A DNA stretch of 32,396 bases, the filler included, from Vermamoeba vermiformis (lineage: Eukaryota), in assembly GCA_045837725.1 (NCBI GenBank). It is 2 parts of 2 records of this genome, joined end to end, with 100 filler letters (N's around TTAATTAATTAA, not from the genome) between each part and the next. Parts side by side here need not be neighbours in the genome. Positions count along the whole stretch, not along the records: positions 1 to 12,903 come from JBEWZL010000303.1; positions 13,004 to 32,396 come from JBEWZL010000305.1. The stretch is one strand, 5' to 3'. The notes beneath the pieces were generated by a model, which was given only the letters and a program-made list of their open reading frames with translations, was not told the DNA's origin and did no database searches. Made by a program: the position numbers and the translations under genes. The stretch's first letter is position 1. The number at the start of each line of letters is the position of its first letter. Positions 10,386 through 22,196 of this stretch are shown here, one piece after another.

Positions 10386-12846
10386 ATGGACTGGAGTACA
10401 GTAGCCGTTGAAATTATAGAGCGTATATTATTATTTACTGGCTCACCAAGAACGATCATTAGTGCCAGCTATGTTTGCAAAAATTGGAAGGCGATTGGCG
10501 ACGATCAGATCGTGTGGAAGGTACGTAATGAGCATAATTACGCAATTAAAATTTGGTTTATTATTTATACGCAACAAAAGATAACATATTAGAGTCGCCT
10601 AACGCGATGACTAATTTTACATTTTTTGCGATAAATTTCAAATTAATTTCCGTCAGCACTTCCCTGTGAATTAAAGAAAAATAATTATAGGAGTTATACT
10701 ATGCTACATCTGCCATCGGTTTGAAATATCAAGATGAAGTCGATTGGAAGAAGAAAGTCATGGATGGGGTTTTGATCCGCAATAACGTCGCTCAAGGAAG
10801 GTAAGTATGCGATATTTTCCGTAATTATTAATTAATTAATTATTTTATTGCTTAGATGCATAGTTAAAACCCTCAGCACAGGCGAACCTAAGACTAACAG
10901 GGTTGATCTGACTGTCGACAACACTGCAGTGTACAAAGACTTTCATCTCGTTACTTGGCAGACCATAGAGCACTTTGGGTATTATTATTATAATATGATG
11001 GCAACCTGCGTATCATTAATTTTTCTGCAGATCTTACGGAGATGTTCAAAGGTTAAATTCCCATTTCGTCAATATGGTTACCGAAGAATACATCGAGGTA
11101 AGTCACATAGATACATATATTTTGATACTTGATTAATGTTTACTTACAGCTGGACGAGAGAGAAGTGACTCTCATTAACAAATACGTTACCAAATCCGTA
11201 CGTTTGCCTTTAAGTTAGTAAAATCGTCTAAAATTCATCATCGTATCTACTATAGCCTTCAGAGTATTATGGCGGTATCTCTTACGCCGACATGAGAGTG
11301 CACGAAATTGACGAAGAAAAGATCCGTGAGGGCAGGCTGTTCCTTATAACGAGGGCAGTTAAATTAAACTTGCCTCGCAGTGACCATACAACACGATCTA
11401 TTACCAATTATTGCTTGGATTCGAAGTACCTGGGGTTTTACTCGAGCGAATATCAAGGGTAAGTACTCCACTATTACGCCTTTATTCTACGTTGAGACGC
11501 AAAATATTTCAGTGATATTTAAAAGATAATAAGTAGGTGTCGGGTAGTTACTAAAGAAAGGATAGCATCAAATTCAAATTTAAACAAAGCTCGTTTCAAG
11601 CTATTTTTCCTGGCTACCAACATTTTCAATTTTATTTGAAACAGTTTGCTCCGAGACTAATAATTTTTTTGCGCAATGCAAGACCTTCTCAGGCATATAT
11701 TCTCGATGCGGAAACTGGATCAGTCGTATTTGAAACTCCGATGCCCTATGATAGAACCAACCGGTTCTTCGGACTGTACGACAATTACTTTGCAGTGCGA
11801 CCCTGGGATACGCTTGGCAAGCATAAATTCTTGTTAGTGGATGTTGTGACAAAAAACCGAATCAAAAAGCGATTTGAAGCTCCTTATGAGTTTTGTTTCA
11901 TGAGAAAAGACGAGGTAAGATCTAACGTCAATTTTTTTACACGCAATTTCTAATTCGATGCAGGTCGCATTTCGCTGCGAAAACAAGTTTATCATATGGA
12001 ATTATAAGAACAATACTGAGAAAGAATATCCAGTTGGACAAGCGGTAAGTACTTTCAGCGTTATGGATCTGGAATTTTCTTACATGTTTTGCGTAGGCCA
12101 CGCAACAGGTGAAAATGATTTACCACGACATGTGGGTGACTGGAAAGAACGAACAATCGGAACTGCTGATATCATTTTTCGATATGAATGACGGCTCACA
12201 AGTGGGATCTTTATTTCTTCGAGGCAGTTATTCGGGCTTTGTATATCTCTCCGAGGTAAGCATTAATGCATATTATGCACTACGTAATACTAGTATTAAC
12301 GAGTAAACGAAATTCCAGCTGAGTGATGGTCGGCTTGCGGTTAGTACGAGGACTGGTTGTCACGTGATCAGTTTTTTGAACTCCGAAGTGACGCGAAATA
12401 CCAAAGTTTTGTTGATGGACATTGAAGGGACCGTAACAGTAAGAAACAACAATGAACTAAATTTGGCAATTTTTGAGGGTACTAACGGTCGCCCTTGTTT
12501 CACATAGGAGCATGAAATCATGGCGTGCAAACTCCCTGAATTTTATCGCCAACCCGCCAAAGGATTTTTGCGAGATATGACCTCACGCGTTGTTCCTTAT
12601 CAACCTCACGCTGAAGACGAACGCTACGTCATGGTTTTTTCACAAGCTTCCGAAAGACCGAAAAATGCAAAAGCAACGGAGCTATTCAAAAATGCAGTTC
12701 AGCCCACACAGATCAACACGCCGTATCAGGGGTGGAGAACCGATGGCCAGACTATCGAGTGTCGCTCTCAGGCTGTTACACAGGTGTATGGTCCAGTGGT
12801 GATCGTGAAAGAACGAAAGATCGACGGTCGATGGCAACTAGTGTAA
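10386..12846 (+). CDS. F-box protein, multi-exon, C-terminal region of unknown (possibly beta-rich) fold
   Basis: N-terminal MDWSTVAVEIIERILLF..ISASYVCKNWKAIGDDQIVWK|ELY..DWKKK F-box pattern, followed by a chain of short GT-AG-flanked exons to the stop at 12846; internal exon borders not all verified. Confidence 0.65.
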
Positions 12847-12903
12847 TTGGCATAATGAAGTAATTAATAATGGTATTATTATTGTACAATAATGGTATGA
12901 AAA

Positions 12904-13003
12904 NNNNNNNNNNNNNNNNNNNNNNNNNNNNNNNNNNNNNNNNNNNNTTAATTAATTAANNNNNNNNNNNNNNNNNNNNNNNNNNNNNNNNNNNNNNNNN
13001 NNN
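12904..13003. other. Assembly gap/spacer (44 N + TTAATTAATTAA + 44 N)
   Basis: Exactly 100 nt with a centred palindrome giving stops in all six frames, typical of an artificial contig linker. Confidence 0.95.
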
Positions 13004-13221
13004 CTCAGCAACAAGAACTCTGGACTAGCGTAGGAAGCGTGATTAAACATGACACAAGGGGCTATTTAAGGTAATTTGATCCATAGTATAGTTAAAGATT
13101 TGTTTCGAAACGAAAGAAGGTTTATTCTAAATCGAGCCGTTAAAATTGATGACTTTTTGACACGTTTAAATTATTCCATTTTATTCTAACAATGACTCAG
13201 TGATTACAACAAGCAACAAAG

Positions 13222-15654
13222 ATGGAGAAAATACACATCAGAAATATGTTTCGGCTCTTGGTTCCGCTCAACGAGAATCTCGGATCTGCAGCCACGAGAA
13301 CAGAACCGTTTGGATTCGACATGGTCGACTTTCGATGCAGTTTCAATATCAAATTGGTTGCAACAGACCATTTTGGAAATATCAAGCATGAACCGAAGAA
13401 TTGTTTCACTTGGGCAAAACGAAATCCGTTGATCTACTCTGAAGACTCTGAAAATTCTGTCAATGGTTTATTTATTCGTCTAAAAATCAACCAAGGCGTA
13501 TTCGACTTTCGAAGAACGAAGGACAGAATGTTTCAGCTCATAGTTGAATATTTTGAAAACGGAAATTTGGTCAAAACAGGCACGTCTCGAATCTGGGAGC
13601 TTTTTCCAAAAAGGCGGCATGTTCAGGGTAATGACGAAGAAAATGAGAGTAAGTAGATCACTTTTATCGTTTCCGAATCTATTTCTGAACTAAATCACAA
13701 TATCAGCCGTTCTTCCGATCTACTGGATCGGCGAAGATGGCTATCTTGCGGACACCCCATCACGTGTATCGCCTGGCTATCTATCTGATACTCAGCCGCA
13801 AATATCACCTGAAGATATGTCTGCTCATCAAATCAATGCTGCCTCTTCTGAAGAGGCCAAGTCTTCGCCGAGCATTCAAGAGTACCTCTTCGAGGACGCG
13901 ATCTTTGACGTTGAAAGCCTCGTGGAAGAAAGCCAACTGTCGATGGCACTGACGAAAGGAAGCGACAACTACATGGTGCTGTACAACGGCAATGCAGAAG
14001 TCGTGGGAAACTTTCGAGCACTCAACTTCTACAAAGCATCAGATATCAACATTAAAGAAGACATTCGCTTGTTGGAACAGGGTACGAGAACGTGTGCAAT
14101 CTTTATTATTTCGTTTAGCTTTGCTAACGTTCTGTATTCAGACCGAGACTGTCGAGCGTCACTCCTTCAAATCAACGGAGTGTCGTACAAGTTCAAACCA
14201 GGAGTGAGTCACGCAACGAACAAACGATTCATTGGATACATTGCTCAACAGATTGAAAGTGTGGTGCCTGAAGCTGTGCAACTCATCGATGGTACGTGCA
14301 AATGGATAGTGTTATCGCTAAGAGTGAGCTAACGTTATTGACATAAATAGGTATTCTTCATGTGGATTACGAGTCACTGATACCATACATGAGTGAATCA
14401 ATCAAACAGAACTACAATGACATTCAGAACGTCACTTCCGAAGTTGATCGCATTCAACGAGTCATCGATGCTCTCTACGACCAATTCACTGGAACAACAC
14501 AGAAGCTGCCAACAAAAAGAACCTCAAATAAGAATAGAACCAAGGTGATTGGCTGGACGATTGGCACTATTGGAGTATTGGCTCTCGTTATATCATTTGT
14601 CCTTGGTGCCGTGTTCTTCACAAACCAAAATGAAACACCAAGTGCAACAGTTCCAACAACAAATGTCAACCCGAGTACGAACAGGCCTAACCTTGCGCCT
14701 CTAATGCCTGCAAACTACGAGCGAGGCATGGTGTTAGAGTTGTATCATTCGTTGCAGCTCGTCAACAAAGCGCTTCAGAACTTGACGGGCCCGCACTGTG
14801 ACTGGCCTGGAATATCATGCAACGCTACCACAGGTCGTGTCATCAGCATCAAAATTAATACGTTAATGGGTCACTTTCAACTAAGACCGGGCATGCCTGC
14901 AACTATTCCAGCGAGCATTGGAAATTTCACAGAGCTGCAATTCTTGGATCTGAGCTTCAGCAATCTCACGGCAACAATTCCTGCGTCAATCACCAACTTG
15001 AAACAGCTATTTCATTTGCGACTAACCAGCAATCCTCATCTGACTGGCACATTGCCTGAGTTTGCAGCGTTACCTACGTTGAAGGAGCTGTTTCTCTTTG
15101 GCACTTCCCTTTCAGTGAACGAAAGCTCTCTGACGATGTTGATGAACTTGCCGTCAATTGAAACGCTCAGTCTACGCGGACTTGCGATCCGCTCTCAGCT
15201 ACCTACAACAATGTCCAAGTCGTTAAAACAGTTACTTATCAGTGGCTGTAGGTTGCACGGAACAATTCCGAAGTCATGGGAAGACAGCAACGTTCAATAC
15301 CTTGACATCAGCGACAATAGGCTCAATGGTTCTATTCCGTGCTTAGGAAAGAATATTCATTCGTTGTACGCTGATCACAACCAATTTTCTGGAGAATTTT
15401 GTGGCGACAATTACAGACAAATTGAAGCGATGTTCCTGATGAATATGAATTTGACGGGAGTGTTTGACTTGCCGAACGCAGATATCTCTCAGATGTCAGC
15501 TCTATTTGTCCATGATAATCAGTTCACGTCGTTCATGCCATCCTCACAACCGGACGAAGATCAAGGGCCACTTCAATGTTCAGCGGTTAACAACCCTCTC
15601 AAATGCCCTATTCCTGATTGGACGAAGAAATTATGTAGTGCCAAGTGCACCTAG
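13222..15654 (+). CDS. MYRF-like S74/ICA-TM-LRR protein, copy 1 (751 aa; exons 13222-13648, 13707-14081, 14142-14291, 14351-15654)
   Basis: Exons sum to 2256 nt in frame. N-domain ends WELFPKRR; ALNFYKA-SDINIKEDI (Ser codon 14039); GYIAQQIESVVPEAV; HVDYESLIPYMSESIKQ; coiled coil; TM VIGWTIGTIGVLALVISFVLGAVFF; HCDWPGISC cap and LxxLxLxxNxLxGxIP repeats. Confidence 0.88.
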
Positions 15655-16028
15655 AAGTTTTGCCGACGAAAGTTATTTCCGCGTAAGTTTCTGAGAATCG
15701 TCAGTTTGCTATCAGTACGCAACGATGGAACTAATTCATTTTTCTTTCAGCGCGGGTTGGAATTTGGCTTATATGGAACCATGGATTTATAGTCGGTATT
15801 AAAAGAATTAGTAAATACCTGTCAATGATGTGGATCAGATGGACCTGCGTCATGCCTTGGATCTGAGTAACAGGATTGGCAACGACAAATTAATTTAACG
15901 TAGATTATGGAATGAAGATTTGTTGTTTCTGTCCGAATGTACGAGTGTTCACATTGACGTTCCGAAAAAAATTGGTAAAATTGAAGTAAATACGCAATTT
16001 GCCAGTACTTATGAATTGAACAACAGAG

Positions 16029-16740
16029 ATGGAAAAAGTATACGTCAGAAATCTTTTTCAAATATTGATTCCGCTCAACATCGACTTTGAATCCGCTCTT
16101 TCGGCAATCACAAGAACCGAGCCTTTCGGACTTGACGTGCTTGATCGTCAGTGCAGCATAAATATAAATCTAGTAGGAACAGATTATTTTGGCAATACTA
16201 AGCATGAACCGAAGAACTGCTTCACTTGGGCTAAATGCAATCCGTTGAGCATTGAAAAACGGGCCGAATCCAGCGATGCCAGCGGCTTGATTATTCGTCT
16301 AAAGATTAATCAAGGCGAAGAGAAAAAAAGGAGAGAGGAGGAGGGCGCTCTGAGGAAAGAAGGCAAAGAAAGATCACACCGCCCCCATAGGGCCGCAAAA
16401 GGAAGAGCAGAGAGAAGCAACGATGGGGTGCAGCAGGGCAGGGGCGGGGGACGAGAAGAAGAGAGGAGAGGAAGGAGGACCGCGAGGAGCAGGAAGGCCA
16501 GGAGCGAGAGGGGGTGGGGAGTGGAGAAAGGTGGAGAGGGGGGACGCACGGAAAAAAGAGGAGGAGATGGAGAGTAGTTACATGAATCAATTAATTGTTA
16601 GCAAGAATCAGTTCATCTCTTTCATGCCTTCGGCGATGAACATTACCGAAGGTCCCAACTTTTGCACCGTCACCGCTAATCCGCTTCAATGTCCAATACC
16701 CAAATGGGCTGAACGAAGTTGTGGTGCTTCTTGTAATTAA
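16029..16740 (+). pseudogene. MYRF-like S74-TM-LRR family copy 2; only the 5' (16029-16316) and 3' (~16578-16740) ends are present (deletion or misassembly)
   Basis: MEKVYVRNLF..HEPKNCFTWAK..RLKINQG matches the paralogues, then a purine-rich tract, then NQFISFMPSAMN..NPLQCPIPKWAERSCGASCN*; about 2 kb of expected sequence is absent. Confidence 0.75.
16317..16575. repeat. GA-rich low-complexity tract replacing the middle of copy 2
   Basis: Almost T-free G/A-rich sequence, unlike the rest of the window. Confidence 0.8.
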
Positions 16741-16861
16741 CCTGTATTTGTAACTGACATAGACGTGTAAGATTGTACATTAGTTTCAATAAATTGTTGC
16801 TTTAAACCAGGTGGTCAGAATTTAGATTACGGTTCAATTGTTTCCGAGAATAACACGTTGT

Positions 16862-18531
16862 TTATTTAGCGTTGTACCGATACAAAGAAAGTATCGATTT
16901 GGCAAGCGGTTCAAACGATTCTAAACCAGGGTAGCTAATATCGCTGAAGATTGCAGTCCATAATTCTATTGGCAATTTGCCGTACAAGTAACTACGGCCA
17001 ATAATATGAAGAACAATCGCTGTGCCTTCGTAACGCTTCTTTTGTAAGGCGAAATTTCTGTCACAGATGTCCTCGAACACACTAAGTAATTCAATTTGTA
17101 TTTTGGTCAATACAAAGTTATTTTCCACTGCTTTTGTTAAGCTTTCTATAAAATTTTCGTCTTGGTCTCTTACGACGCGTGCAACGAGAGTTTTGAGGGA
17201 ATTGTTGGTGCTAATAAGCTCGATCAAATCGTCTTGAGAAAATAATGAAGCTGTCAATGATCTAAGTGAGGTATTGCATTTCAGTATCTGGTTGAATGGC
17301 AAAGTCGTGCCCGAAATTCCGAGAACAATTTCAAAGCTTGTCAAAGTGTTGTTCGTGCTAAGTAATTTGGTGATAATTTGTGCCGTCTCTTCTGTCAACT
17401 TTCCATTTAAATACAATTTTTTGATGTTTTTGTTGTTTTGTATGATGGATCCGACATTTGCGTTTAGCAGCGGACTGAATCGTAGTGCCAAATTTGTGAG
17501 CGATTTATTCGATGCTAACGCCGTGCACAATGCGAGGCTATTCTCTTCCGCTCTATTGCATAATTTCATGTCTAGCTTCCGTAGTGTTTGAGTTGTTTGT
17601 AGGTACGTGATGAGCGCATCTGGTTCGCAGTTCAAAGTTACTTCCCAACATAAGCTTGTTAGGGTCTTATTAATCATCAAGCCTTCGACGAGTCGCGAAA
17701 GATGGTCTTTAGTGAAGATCATATTACGCAGCTGAATATCCTCGAGTGCGTAGTTGTGTTTGAGGGCCTCGCCGAGTGGTCCAATGTCGCATTCACGAAT
17801 ATCTCTGAAATTACTAGCAATGCTAAGTGACTTCAAATAATTGTTCTGCTTGAGACCTTCTCCTAGGGCAATCATTTCTTGAGGCGAATAGTTAAATGCA
17901 GACGAATGCAGAACTGTCAAAACATCGTTGCTCGCTAAGCATTTGAATAACTCCACTGCTGCATTTTCGTCGCCTGCCACTGGTAGCAATTGCGTTCTAC
18001 ATTGGTCTAAATACAGATTTGTAATCGCATTGTTTCGTGTAAGGGCTTGTCCGAGTAACTTCCACTCGTGAGATCGAGATCTTTCCAGAGAGATTTTCAA
18101 TTGTTGAATCGAAGTGTTATTTGCAATACCGTCGAATAGTGGTGCCGATTCAGCGGCTTGATGTTCTGAAAGCATTACTGAGAACTTTTTCAAAGTCGTA
18201 TTTTTGTTCAGATCTTCTCCTAAAATCACGTATCTATCATTCGTAAATTGGTACTGCTGCATATTAAGATGTATTACATTGTGGTGATTTTTGGATAATA
18301 TTTGGTGCAGCCAGTCGTCAGCTTGGGCGGCATCTGATAAATTAATAACATTGTCGTCTTCATTAATTACACCGTTCAGCTGGTTTAAATATGCGACGTG
18401 TTTCTTACAGCCATCTCCCCGTAAGATCTAATGCAATCTTTCCTTTAAGTCAATACGTTTAATCAACAAAGGAGAAGGATCCTTACTATTTTGCATCCGT
18501 CCGGCGGTAAACTTCTAAATTCAATATTCAT
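16862..18531 (-). CDS. RNI-like (ribonuclease-inhibitor/NLRC3-type) LRR protein with C-terminal F-box-like motif, copy 1 (536 aa; exons 18531-18487, 18427-16862)
   Basis: Repeats L-x-x-A-L-x-x-N-x-x-L-x-x-L-x-L; exon 1 MNIEFRSLPPDGCKI splices in phase 0 to ILRGDG; C-terminal LPIELWTAIFSDISYPG. Confidence 0.8.
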
Positions 18532-19020
18532 TGGGTTATTGATTTCTAGTGTTTGGTTTGGTGTAATAATAGTTCTGAGTTCGATCGACTTGTTTCAAAC
18601 AGCTCAAAACAATTATTTTATTTAATAATCACTTAGAACACCAACACCAGTAGTCTGGTATTATTCTATGCCAGCTGCAAGCATTGTTGTTACGGTAATG
18701 ACGAACAATCCAAATCCGAACGTTTGGATCCCGCCTTTTTTTTTTATGGCTGAATAATGACATTACGATACAGTAAGACGATTTAAATGTTGAATTTCAG
18801 AGTAATTAATATTTATTCAGGCTTAAAAAAATTAATTTAGTAATTTGTTTTAACAGATCAGCTATCGCGCGAAGAGTCTCTAGCAACCACTTGCGAGTAA
18901 TTATTTCATATTATTGCAACTTGTTTTCCTTTTGAAAAACGAAGACTCCGATCACAAAAACAGAACTGACAGATGAGAAAGCGGGCCCGGATTTACTTTG
19001 AGTATCTTTAATGAACGAGA

Positions 19021-21463
19021 ATGGAGAAAATACACATTAGAAATATTTTCAAAGTATTTATTCCATTGAAGAGAAGTATTGGCTCTGTTCAAACGAAGAC
19101 AGAACCGTTTGGGCTGGGCTTGCTCCAAAATGAGAATCAATCCGATATCGCGATTCGGCTTGTATGCACTGATTCATTTGGCAATATTAAATATGAACCA
19201 ACGAACTGCTTTACATGGGCAAAAAGAAGTCCTATAACGTACCAACAAAATGGGGTCACGGATGCAGCCGAAGAAGGAATATTCGCACGACTCAAGATTA
19301 ACCAAGGAGTATTTGACTTCAGAAAAGCAAAATCAAAAGATAGGCTATTTCAAATTATCGTAGAACTGGTCGAGAACGGATCTACCTCGAAAACTGGCAC
19401 ATCCGCCATCTGGGAATTGTTTCCGAAGAAGCGACAAGCAGAAATAGAAGAGAATGATAATGAAGGTAATTAATATGTAATTCGAGATACGATAATTTAT
19501 TTGTCGAACTTTGTTCTGAAATTGTTCACACATGTCAAGTTGTCGTCCCGGTGTATTGGCTTGGCGAGGACGGGTATCTGATCGATCAACGACACATATC
19601 TCCCGAAGGAGAGTCGTCGCATAGTATACAAGAGTCGTCGTATGAAGATAACATGATGCACGTAACTGATCCGAACGAAACAAATCAATACGCACTTAGC
19701 TTGGATCAACCTGTCTCTGCAATGGCCTTACATGACAGCGGAGAATATTACTCGTAAGTGATGATCATATTATTGATGTGCCGTAGTGATATTAAGTCTG
19801 TCAAATAGTCCTCATGACAACTACATGGTGCTGTACAACGGCAATGCAGAAGTCGTGGGCAACTTCCGAGCACTCAACTTCTACAAAGCATCAGATATCA
19901 ATATCAAAGAAGACATTCGCTTGTTGGAAGAAGGTATGAGTACTGACGCGATCTTACTCTCCACCAAGGCTAACGCCCATCGTGTTTCAGATCGTGATTG
20001 CAGAGCGTCACTACTCCAGATCAATGGTGTCGAGTATAAGTTCAAGCCAGGAGTGAGTCATGCAACGAACAAGAGGTTCATTGGCTACATTGCTCAACAG
20101 ATTGAAAGTGTGGTGCCTGAAGCTGTTCAACTCATCGATGGTACGTGACAGCGCTATCGCTAAGAGTGACCTAATGTTATTGATCTGCGCAGGTATTCTC
20201 CACGTCGACTACGAGTCACTGATACCGTTCATGAGTGAGTCAATCAAACAGAACTACAATGACATTCAGAACGTCACTTCCGAAGTGGAACATGTCAAAC
20301 TCACTCTTGACGCTCTGTACGAACAGGCCACTAATGATGACGAACAAAAACCAAAACAAGAGATCAGTGCAACCAAAAGACGAAGAAGCAGAGCACTTGC
20401 CTGGATAGTTAGTGCGATAACACTATCCGTCATTATTGCCGTGGCAATCGGGTTCGTGTTTTTCATAGACCAAGCAACAAAGCCTCAAGTACCAAATCAA
20501 ATGAAAAATCCAACGCCTGCAACACTAGTATCTGGAGCAAGTGAATTTGAACGGAGGATTTTGACAGAATTTTATCTGTCTCTACATCCCAATCCTCTTT
20601 ACAAAGAGTACGTGTGGAACTTGACAAAGCATCATTGCACTTGGAAAAGTATCGAGTGCAATCCTTCAACTGGCCGAGTGACCAAGATTGCGATGGTTTA
20701 TTTTGCAAAGACTGCAGCAAACGCGACGATTCCGGAGGGCATTGGCAACTTTACGGAGCTACAACGGTTGCTATTACCCTTCAATCATCTCGTGTCCACG
20801 ATCCCAGAATCGTTCAAGAACTTGAAGAATTTGGTCGAGTTGAACTTGGAGCATAATAATTTGGTCGGAACAGTGCCGGACTTGAGCGGCTTAACAAAGT
20901 TAGAGTTAGTCTTGCTACAACAAAATAAGTTAACTGGATCACTATCAATGCTCATGCAGTTACCAGCACTTAAAAAAATGGCCATGGATAGAAATCCACT
21001 CAACACGGAACTTCCCGCGAACATTTCAAAGTCATTATCGATAATATACTTGGACCAGTGTCACTTATATGGAACAATTCCTGCGTCATGGACGTCGCCT
21101 ACTCTCACATTGATTGACTTGTCAAATAACAAGCTCAACGGATCCGTTCCGTGTTTAGGCCCGAATGTCTCCACCCTAAAATTGGCTCATAACGAACTAG
21201 ACGGTGAATTCTGTGGAAGATCGCTTAGTTCTATAGAGGAATTAGATATTAGCGATAACAAGTTGATAGGAGACTTCGAATTACCTGCAGCAAAAGTACC
21301 TCGAATGCCAAAATTGGCGCTAAGTCAAAATCAGTTCACTTCGTTCTTGCGCTCTTTGCCGAATGATACAGCGCCGCCGTCACAATGTTCAGCTAACTTC
21401 AATGCCTTTAAATGCCCGGTGCCTTCTTGGACCGAGAAGAGTTGTGGTGCTTCTTGTAGCTGA
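19021..21463 (+). CDS. MYRF-like S74/ICA-TM-LRR protein, copy 3 (734 aa; exons 19021-19465, 19540-19753, 19809-19933, 19991-20140, 20193-21463)
   Basis: Exons sum to 2205 nt in frame; SDINIK Ser codon 19891; KRRRSR then TM ALAWIVSAITLSVIIAVAIGFVFF; HCTWKSIEC cap; plant-type LRRs; Cys-rich C-cap. Confidence 0.88.
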
Positions 21464-22196
21464 GCGACAACGCCTCGTAACGATCACTTAGTTTGGTTCG
21501 ATGATTACGAGTGATTTAGCGCTCCTCGAATTTGACATCAAGACGTCATATATTTACCACATTATGCAGCTGGCTCGAGTGATTCAATGCGGAGCGAACC
21601 GAAATAAATGCTTACTTGTAAAAACGGGCAAGTTTCTTCCATTGGCACTTTAGACATACACGTTTGTTCATATTTGTTTATGTTTAGAAGGATCAATATG
21701 AGCACTGTTCAGGCATCTTTTGCGACCGGATCTCATCTACTAAAAATAAGGGTACGTTAAAAAATTCAAAAAATTGTTACAATTTATTATTATTATTACG
21801 TAATGTAATTTAAAAATATTAGAAGGACGATTCAAATTATATCGGCCTACAAAATTATTATTTGAGATTCCCTTCGAATAGCCACAATTTATAGCTTTTA
21901 TTTATCATTCAATATTACGTCGGATTAAGATTTCGTGAAGATATAAATTCGCACATAATAATATAATATATAATTATGTGGCCCGTTGGTCATGCAAAAT
22001 CAGATCTGGGGAACTAGTTCCATCCGAAAAAAAGCAAGTCACCCGCTTCTAATTTTACTATTTCTATTAATCAAGTAACAAATGCTCGGTGGTATTCGTA
22101 CTTAACTTATTCTTGTTCAGCAGTCGAAATCTCAACGAGACGTGCTGAGTGGGACAGGTCCCACCATTCAACTTACCCGATCGATGAAGCAACACA

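Noticed and set aside
12948-12959. TTAATTAATTAA palindrome as a regulatory or piggyBac-type site
   Set aside because: It is centred in an exactly 100-nt N spacer and is an artificial six-frame-stop linker. For the same reason I infer no linkage between the left and right halves.
14082-14141. In-frame read-through of the S74 introns (also 19934-19990) as coding insertions
   Set aside because: They have canonical GT-AG ends at the same position in all copies, and the equivalent intron in copy 5 contains an in-frame stop and is 52 nt long, so they are introns.
13964-14450. S74 domain as evidence of a prophage or endogenous virus tail gene
   Set aside because: The domain is split by spliceosomal introns and fused to TM-LRR, and there are no other viral genes; it fits a domesticated MYRF-like use.
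14351-15654. Calling the LRR exons LRR receptor kinases or PGIPs
   Set aside because: There is no kinase domain or signal peptide; the TM precedes the LRRs (type II) and the exon is spliced to the S74 exons.
16306-16590. Arg/Gly/Glu-rich and Leu/Pro/Ser-rich ORFs over the GA tract
   Set aside because: They are by-products of low-complexity, probably artefactual sequence.
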